Below, one piece after another: positions 55,301-64,000 of a stretch of DNA of 64,000 nt. The stretch's first letter is position 1. Each line of letters begins with the position of its first letter. The position numbers were made by a program, and so were the translations under genes. The DNA is from Eledone cirrhosa (Eukaryota), in contig OZ024741.1 of assembly GCA_964016885.1 (NCBI GenBank), positions 132,370,001 through 132,434,000 on the forward strand. The letters are read 5' to 3'. The notes below the pieces were generated by a model. It ran no database searches and was not told where the DNA came from. It saw nothing but the letters and a program-made list of their open reading frames with translations.

Positions 55301-58300
55301 GTCTGACGTCTTTTTACTAGATAATTCAGTTAAACAAGCCACCCTGAAGCTATGGTCTGACGTCTTTTTACTAGATAATTCAGTTAAACAAGCTACACTG
55401 AGGCTATGGACTGACATCTTTTTACTAGATAATTCAGTTAAACAAGCCACACTGAAGCTATGGTCTGACGTCTTTTTACTAGATAATTCAGTTAAACAAG
55501 CCACACTGAGGCTATGGACTGACGTCTTTTCACTAGATAATTCAGTTAAACAAGCCACACTGAGGCTATAGACTGACGTCTTTTTACTAGTTAATTCAGT
55601 TAAACTAGCCACACTGAGGCTATGGTCTGACGTCTTTTCAGTAGATAATTCCGATAAACAAGCCACACTGAGGCTGTGGACTGACGTATTTTTAATAGAT
55701 AATTCAGTTAAACAAGCCACACTGAGGCTATGGTCTGACGTCTTTTCACTAGATAATTCAGTTAAACAAGCCACACTGAGGCTATGGACTGACGTCTTTT
55801 TACTAGATAATTAAGTTAAACAAGCCACACTGAGGCTATGGACTGACGTCTTTTTACTAGATAATTCAGTTAAACAAGCCGCACCGAGGCTATGGACTGA
55901 CGTCTTTTTACTAGATAATTCAGTTAAACAAGCCACACTGAGGCTATGGACTGACGTCTTTTTACTAGATAATTCAGTTAAACAAGCCACACTGAGGCTA
56001 TGGTCTGACGTCTTTTCACTAGATAATTCAGTTAAACAAGCCACACTAAGGCTATGGACTGACGACTTTTCACTAGATAATTCAGTTAAACAAGCCGCAC
56101 TGAGGCTATGGTCTGACGTCTTTTTACTAGATAATTCAGTTAAACAAGCCACACTGAGGCTATGGTCTGACGTCTTTTCACTAGATAATTCAGTTAAACA
56201 AGCCACACTGAGGCTATGGACTGACGTCTTTTTGCTAGATAATTCAGTTAAACAAGCCACACTGAGGCTATGGACTGACGTCTTTTTACTAGATAATTCA
56301 GTTAAACAAGCCACACTGAGGCTATGGTCTGACGTCTTTTTACTAGATAATTCAGTTAAACAAGCCACGCTGAGACTATGGTCTGACGTCTTTTTACTAG
56401 ATAATTCATTTAAACAAGCCACACTGAGGCTATGGACTGATATCTTTTTACTAGATAATTCAGTTAAACAAGCCACACTGGGGCTATGGTCTGACGTCTT
56501 TTTACTAGATAATTCAGTTAAACAAGCCACACTGAGGCTATGGACTGAGTTCTTTTTACTAGATAATTCAGTTAAACAAGCCAGACTGAGGCTATGGACT
56601 GACGTCTTTTTACTAGATAATTCAGTTAAACAAGCCACACTGAGGCTATGGACTGACGTCTTTTTACTAGATAATTCAGTTAAACAAGCCACACTGAAGC
56701 TATGGTCTGACGTCTTTTTACTAGATAATTCAGTTAAACAAGCCACACTGAGGCTATGGACTGGCATCTTTTTACTAGATAATTCAGTTAAACAAGCCAC
56801 ACTGAAGCTATGGTCTGACGTCTATATACTAGATAATTCAGTTAAACAAGCCACACTGAGGCTATGGACTGACATCTTTTTACTAGATAATTCAGTTAAA
56901 CAAGCCACACTGGAGCTATGGTCTGACGTCTTTTTCCTAGATAATTCAGTTAAACAAGCCACACTGAGGCTATGGCCTGACGTCTTTTTACTAGATAATT
57001 CAGTTAAACAAACCACACTGAGGCTATGGTCTGACGTCTTTTTACTAGATAATTCAGTTAAACAAGCCACCCTGAAGCTATGGTCTGACGTCTTTTTACT
57101 AGATAATTCAGTTAAACAAGCTACACTGAGGCTATGGACTGACATCTTTTTACTAGATAATTCAGTTAAACAAGCCACACTGAAGCTATGGTCTGACGTC
57201 TTTTTACTAGATAATTCAGTTAAACAAGCCACACTGAGGCTATGGACTGACGTCTTTTCACTAGATAATTCAGTTAAACAAGCCACACTGAGGCTATAGA
57301 CTGACGTCTTTTTACTAGTTAATTCAGTTAAACTAGCCACACTGAGGCTATGGTCTGACGTCTTTTCAGTAGATAATTCCGATAAACAAGCCACACTGAG
57401 GCTGTGGACTGACGTATTTTTAATAGATAATTCAGTTAAACAAGCCACACTGAGGCTATGGTCTGACGTCTTTTCACTAGATAATTCAGTTAAACAAGCC
57501 ACACTGAGGCTATGGACTGACGTCTTTTTACTAGATAATTAAGTTAAACAAGCCACACTGAGGCTATGGACTGACGTCTTTTTACTAGATAATTCAGTTA
57601 AACAAGCCGCACCGAGGCTATGGACTGACGTCTTTTTACTAGATAATTCAGTTAAACAAGCCACACTGAGGCTATGGACTGACGTCTTTTTACTAGATAA
57701 TTCAGTTAAACAAGCCACACTGAGGCTATGGTCTGACGTCTTTTCACTAGATAATTCAGTTAAACAAGCCACACTAAGGCTATGGACTGACGACTTTTCA
57801 CTAGATAATTCAGTTAAACAAGCCGCACTGAGGCTATGGTCTGACGTCTTTTTACTAGATAATTCAGTTAAACAAGCCACACTGAGGCTATGGTCTGACG
57901 TCTTTTCACTAGATAATTCAGTTAAACAAGCCACACTGAGGCTATGGACTGACGTCTTTTTGCTAGATAATTCAGTTAAACAAGCCACGCTGAGGCTATG
58001 GTCTGACGTCTTTTTACTAGATAATTCAGTTAAACAAGCCACACTGAAGCTATGGTCTGACGTCTTTTTACTAGATAATTCAGTTAAACAAGCCACACTG
58101 AGGCCATGGACTGACATCTTTTTACTAGATAATTCAGTTAAACAAGCCACACTGAGGCTATGGACTGACGTCTTTTTACTAGATAATTCAGTTAAACAAG
58201 CCACACTGAGGCTATGGTCTGACGTCCTTTTACTAGATAATTCAGTTAAACAAGCCAGACTGAGGCTATGGACTGACGTCTTTTTACTGGATAATTCAGT

Positions 58301-61300
58301 TAAACAAGCCACACTAAGGCTATGGACTGACGACTTTTCACTAGATAATTCAGTTAAACAAGCCGCACTGAGGCTATGGTCTGACGTCTTTTTACTAGAT
58401 AATTCAGTTAAACAAGCCACACTGAGGCTATGGTCTGACGTCTTTTCACTAGATAATTCAGTTAAACAAGCCACACTGAGGCTATGGACTGACGTCTTTT
58501 TGCTAGATAATTCAGTTAAACAAGCCACGCTGAGGCTATGGTCTGACGTCTTTTTACTAGATAATTCAGTTAAACAAGCCACACTGAAGCTATGGTCTGA
58601 CGTCTTTTTACTAGATAATTCAGTTAAACAAGCCACACTGAGGCCATGGACTGACATCTTTTTACTAGATAATTCAGTTAAACAAGCCACACTGAGGCTA
58701 TGGACTGACGTCTTTTTACTAGATAATTCAGTTAAACAAGCCACACTGAGGCTATGGTCTGACGTCCTTTTACTAGATAATTCAGTTAAACAAGCCAGAC
58801 TGAGGCTATGGACTGACGTCTTTTTACTAGATAATTCAGTTAAACAAGCCACACTGAGGCTATGGTCTGACGTCTTTTTACTAGATAATTCATTTAAACA
58901 AGCCACACTGAGGCTATGGTCTGACGTCTTTTTACTAGATAATTCAGTTAAACAAGCCACACTGAGGCTATGGACTGACGTCTTTTTACTAGATAATTCA
59001 GTTAAACAAGCCACACTGAGGCTATGGACTGACGTCTTTTTACTAGATAATTCAGTTAAACATGCCACACTGAGGCTATGGACTGACGTCTTTTTACTAG
59101 ATAATTCAGTTAAACAAGCCACACTGAGGCTATGGTCTGGCGTCTTTTCACTAGATAATTCAGTTAAACAAGCCACACTCAGGCTATGGTCTGACGTCTT
59201 TTTACTAGATACTTCAGTTAAACAAGCCACACTGAGACTATGGTCTGACGTCTTTTTACTAGATAATTCAGTTAAACAAGCCACACTGAGGCTATGGACT
59301 GACGTCTTTTTACTAGATAATTCAGTTAAACAAGCCACACTGAGGCTATGGTCTGACGTCTTTTTACTAGATAATTCAGTTAAACAAGCCACGCTGAGAC
59401 TATGGTCTGACGTCTTTTTACTAGATAATTCATTTAAACAAGCCACACTGAGGCTATGGACTGATATCTTTTTACTAGATAATTCAGTTAAACAAGCCAC
59501 ACTGGGGCTATGGTCTGACGTCTTTTTACTAGATAATTCAGTTAAACAAGCCACACTGAGGCTATGGACTGAGTTCTTTTTACTAGATAATTCAGTTAAA
59601 CAAGCCAGACTGAGGCTATGGACTGACGTCTTTTTACTAGATAATTCAGTTAAACAAGCCACACTGAGGCTATGGACTGAGGTCTTTTTACTAGATAATT
59701 CAGTTAAACAAGCCACACTGAAGCTATGGTCTGACGTCTTTTTACTAGATAATTCAGTTAAACAAGCCACACTGAGGCTATGGACTGGCATCTTTTTACT
59801 AGATAATTCAGTTAAACAAGCCACACTGAAGCTATGGTCTGACGTCTATATACTAGATAATTCAGTTAAACAAGCCACACTGAGGCTATGGACTGACATC
59901 TTTTTACTAGATAATTCAGTTAAACAAGCCACACTGGAGCTATGGTCTGACGTCTTTTTCCTAGATAATTCAGTTAAACAAGCCACACTGAGGCTATGGC
60001 CTGACGTCTTTTCACTAGATAATTCAGTTAAACAAGCCACACTGAGGCTATGGACTGACGTCTTTTTGCTAGATAATTCAGTTAAACAAGCCACGCTGAG
60101 GCTATGGTCTGACGTCTTTTTACTAGATAATTCAGTTAAACAAGCCACACTGAAGCTATGGTCTGACGTCTTTTTACTAGATAATTCAGTTAAACAAGCC
60201 ACACTGAGGCCATGGACTGACATCTTTTTACTAGATAATTCAGTTAAACAAGCCACACTGAGGCTATGGACTGACGTCTTTTTACTAGATAATTCAGTTA
60301 AACAAGCCACACTGAGGCTATGGTCTGACGTCCTTTTACTAGATAATTCAGTTAAACAAGCCAGACTGAGGCTATGGACTGACGTCTTTTTACTAGATAA
60401 TTCAGTTAAACAAGCCACACTGAGGCTATGGTCTGACGTCTTTTTACTAGATAATTCATTTAAACAAGCCACACTGAGGCTATGGTCTGACGTCTTTTTA
60501 CTAGATAATTCAGTTAAACAAGCCACACTGAGGCTATGGACTGACGTCTTTTTACTAGATAATTCAGTTAAACAAGCCACACTGAGGCTATGGACTGACG
60601 TCTTTTTACTAGATAATTCAGTTAAACATGCCACACTGAGGCTATGGACTGACGTCTTTTTACTAGATAATTCAGTTAAACAAGCCACACTGAGGCTATG
60701 GTCTGGCGTCTTTTCACTAGATAATTCAGTTAAACAAGCCACACTCAGGCTATGGTCTGACGTCTTTTTACTAGATACTTCAGTTAAACAAGCCACACTG
60801 AGACTATGGTCTGACGTCTTTTTACTAGATAATTCAGTTAAACAAGCCACACTGAGGCTATGGACTGACGTCTTTTTACTAGATAATTCAGTTAAACAAG
60901 CCACACTGAGGCTATGGTCTGACGTCTTTTTACTAGATAATTCAGTTAAACAAGCCACGCTGAGACTATGGTCTGACGTCTTTTTACTAGATAATTCATT
61001 TAAACAAGCCACACTGAGGCTATGGACTGATATCTTTTTACTAGATAATTCAGTTAAACAAGCCACACTGGGGCTATGGTCTGACGTCTTTTTACTAGAT
61101 AATTCAGTTAAACAAGCCACACTGAGGCTATGGACTGAGTTCTTTTTACTAGATAATTCAGTTAAACAAGCCAGACTGAGGCTATGGACTGACGTCTTTT
61201 TACTAGATAATTCAGTTAAACAAGCCACACTGAGGCTATGGACTGACGTCTTTTTACTAGATAATTCAGTTAAACAAGCCACACTGAAGCTATGGTCTGA

Positions 61301-64000
61301 CGTCTTTTTACTAGATAATTCAGTTAAACAAGCCACACTGAGGCTATGGACTGGCATCTTTTTACTAGATAATTCAGTTAAACAAGCCACACTGAAGCTA
61401 TGGTCTGACGTCTATATACTAGATAATTCAGTTAAACAAGCCACACTGAGGCTATGGACTGACATCTTTTTACTAGATAATTCAGTTAAACAAGCCACAC
61501 TGGAGCTATGGTCTGACGTCTTTTTCCTAGATAATTCAGTTAAACAAGCCACACTGAGGCTATGGCCTGACGTCTTTTTACTAGATAATTCAGTTAAACA
61601 AACCACACTGAGGCTATGGTCTGACGTCTTTTTACTAGATAATTCAGTTAAACAAGCCACCCTGAAGCTATGGTCTGACGTCTTTTTACTAGATAATTCA
61701 GTTAAACAAGCTACACTGAGGCTATGGACTGACATCTTTTTACTAGATAATTCAGTTAAACAAGCCACACTGAAGCTATGGTCTGACGTCTTTTTACTAG
61801 ATAATTCAGTTAAACAAGCCACACTGAGGCTATGGACTGACGTCTTTTCACTAGATAATTCAGTTAAACAAGCCACACTGAGGCTATAGACTGACGTCTT
61901 TTTACTAGTTAATTCAGTTAAACTAGCCACACTGAGGCTATGGTCTGACGTCTTTTCAGTAGATAATTCCGATAAACAAGCCACACTGAGGCTGTGGACT
62001 GACGTATTTTTAATAGATAATTCAGTTAAACAAGCCACACTGAGGCTATGGTCTGACGTCTTTTCACTAGATAATTCAGTTAAACAAGCCACACTGAGGC
62101 TATGGACTGACGTCTTTTTACTAGATAATTAAGTTAAACAAGCCACACTGAGGCTATGGACTGACGTCTTTTTACTAGATAATTCAGTTAAACAAGCCGC
62201 ACCGAGGCTATGGACTGACGTCTTTTTACTAGATAATTCAGTTAAACAAGCCACACTGAGGCTATGGACTGACGTCTTTTTACTAGATAATTCAGTTAAA
62301 CAAGCCACACTGAGGCTATGGTCTGACGTCTTTTCACTAGATAATTCAGTTAAACAAGCCACACTAAGGCTATGGACTGACGACTTTTCACTAGATAATT
62401 CAGTTAAACAAGCCGCACTGAGGCTATGGTCTGACGTCTTTTTACTAGATAATTCAGTTAAACAAGCCACACTGAGGCTATGGTCTGACGTCTTTTCACT
62501 AGATAATTCAGTTAAACAAGCCACACTGAGGCTATGGACTGACGTCTTTTTGCTAGATAATTCAGTTAAACAAGCCACGCTGAGGCTATGGTCTGACGTC
62601 TTTTTACTAGATAATTCAGTTAAACAAGCCACACTGAAGCTATGGTCTGACGTCTTTTTACTAGATAATTCAGTTAAACAAGCCACACTGAGGCCATGGA
62701 CTGACATCTTTTTACTAGATAATTCAGTTAAACAAGCCACACTGAGGCTATGGACTGACGTCTTTTTACTAGATAATTCAGTTAAACAAGCCACACTGAG
62801 GCTATGGTCTGACGTCCTTTTACTAGATAATTCAGTTAAACAAGCCAGACTGAGGCTATGGACTGACGTCTTTTTACTAGATAATTCAGTTAAACAAGCC
62901 ACACTAAGGCTATGGACTGACGACTTTTCACTAGATAATTCAGTTAAACAAGCCGCACTGAGGCTATGGTCTGACGTCTTTTTACTAGATAATTCAGTTA
63001 AACAAGCCACACTGAGGCTATGGTCTGACGTCTTTTCACTAGATAATTCAGTTAAACAAGCCACACTGAGGCTATGGACTGACGTCTTTTTACTAGTTAA
63101 TTCAGTTAAACTAGCCACACTGAGGCTATGGTCTGACGTCTTTTCAGTAGATAATTCCGATAAACAAGCCACACTGAGGCTGTGGACTGACGTATTTTTA
63201 ATAGATAATTCAGTTAAACAAGCCACACTGAGGCTATGGTCTGACGTCTTTTCACTAGATAATTCAGTTAAACAAGCCACACTGAGGCTATGGACTGACG
63301 TCTTTTTACTAGATAATTAAGTTAAACAAGCCACACTGAGGCTATGGACTGACGTCTTTTTACTAGATAATTCAGTTAAACAAGCCGCACCGAGGCTATG
63401 GACTGACGTCTTTTTACTAGATAATTCAGTTAAACAAGCCACACTGAGGCTATGGACTGACGTCTTTTTACTAGATAATTCAGTTAAACAAGCCACACTG
63501 AGGCTATGGTCTGACGTCTTTTCACTAGATAATTCAGTTAAACAAGCCACACTAAGGCTATGGACTGACGACTTTTCACTAGATAATTCAGTTAAACAAG
63601 CCGCACTGAGGCTATGGTCTGACGTCTTTTTACTAGATAATTCAGTTAAACAAGCCACACTGAGGCTATGGTCTGACGTCTTTTCACTAGATAATTCAGT
63701 TAAACAAGCCACACTGAGGCTATGGACTGACGTCTTTTTGCTAGATAATTCAGTTAAACAAGCCACGCTGAGGCTATGGTCTGACGTCTTTTTACTAGAT
63801 AATTCAGTTAAACAAGCCACACTGAAGCTATGGTCTGACGTCTTTTTACTAGATAATTCAGTTAAACAAGCCACACTGAGGCCATGGACTGACATCTTTT
63901 TACTAGATAATTCAGTTAAACAAGCCACACTGAGGCTATGGACTGACGTCTTTTTACTAGATAATTCAGTTAAACAAGCCACACTGAGGCTATGGTCTGA
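52331..64000. repeat. Satellite domain F: indel-free 46-monomer (2,484 bp) HOR with deletion and duplication derivatives
   Basis: The marker GTCTATATACT occurs at 52610, 55094, 56822, 59846 and 61412 (46, 32, 56 and 29 x54). GATAATTAAG occurs at 53327, 55811, 57539, 62129 and 63317 (46, 32, 85 and 22 x54). Private variants include GACGACTT, GAGTTC, GATATC, TCATTTAA, AACATGCC and GATACTTC. Confidence 0.85.

Larger units (their letters stand above)
1..64000. repeat. 54-bp tandem satellite array, about 1,185 head-to-tail monomers, open at both window edges
   Basis: The monomer AAACAAGCCACACTGAGGCTATGGWCTGACGTCTTTTYACTAGATAATTCAGTT recurs every 54 bp from first to last base in one orientation. 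Most copies differ from consensus by 0-3 substitutions and indels are rare. 64000/54 is about 1,185. Confidence 0.99.

Noticed and set aside
1397-63982. All listed ORFs as protein-coding genes
   Set aside because: They are translations of one 54-bp unit. Starts are mostly GTG or TTG inside monomers, there are no unique domains, variants are mostly non-synonymous, and stops and frameshifts are amplified along with the HOR blocks.
1-64000. CRISPR array
   Set aside because: There are no unique spacers. The whole 54-bp unit is repeated with only point variants, and no cas genes or leader are present.
1-64000. Whole array as an assembly or rolling-circle/concatemer artefact
   Set aside because: Variants are structured in nested, diverging blocks with domain-private alleles, which random error or concatemers would not produce. 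Exact copy numbers of near-identical blocks still need read support.
1-64000. Telomeric repeat, tRNA/5S/snRNA/spliced-leader tandem genes, or a transposon-derived unit
   Set aside because: There is no G-rich telomeric motif, no cloverleaf or Pol III A/B boxes that I can recognise, and no terminal repeats or target-site duplications. The unit is too short for these gene arrays.
1-64000. Variant order as an information-bearing code (antigenic-variation cassettes or DGR-like diversification)
   Set aside because: The variant order is explained by block duplication and deletion. No reverse transcriptase, recombinase or expression locus is present in the window.

Overview
The whole 64 kb window is one uninterrupted, head-to-tail tandem array of a 54-bp monomer (about 1,185 copies, about 39% GC). 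The consensus is AAACAAGCCACACTGAGGCTATGG(A/T)CTGACGTCTTTT(T/C)ACTAGATAATTCAGTT. I saw no unique sequence, inversion, transposon insertion, RNA gene or credible protein-coding gene. The long ORFs in the track, up to 5,601 aa, are most simply a by-product of a monomer length divisible by 3 with one stop-free frame per strand: the common variants are non-synonymous in both frames, and frameshifts and stops are copied along with their blocks. The informative signal is internal. Diagnostic variants divide the array into successive domains with irregular higher-order repeats (HORs) of 7 to 117 monomers. There is an A/B dimer substructure, a landmark monomer cluster shared across domains, one crossover junction mappable to about 15 bp, and recurrent substitutions that perfect quasi-palindromes in the monomer. 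It looks like eukaryotic satellite DNA, but I cannot name the organism or the satellite family from the sequence. All counts and spacings were read by eye or derived from the ORF-track coordinates.
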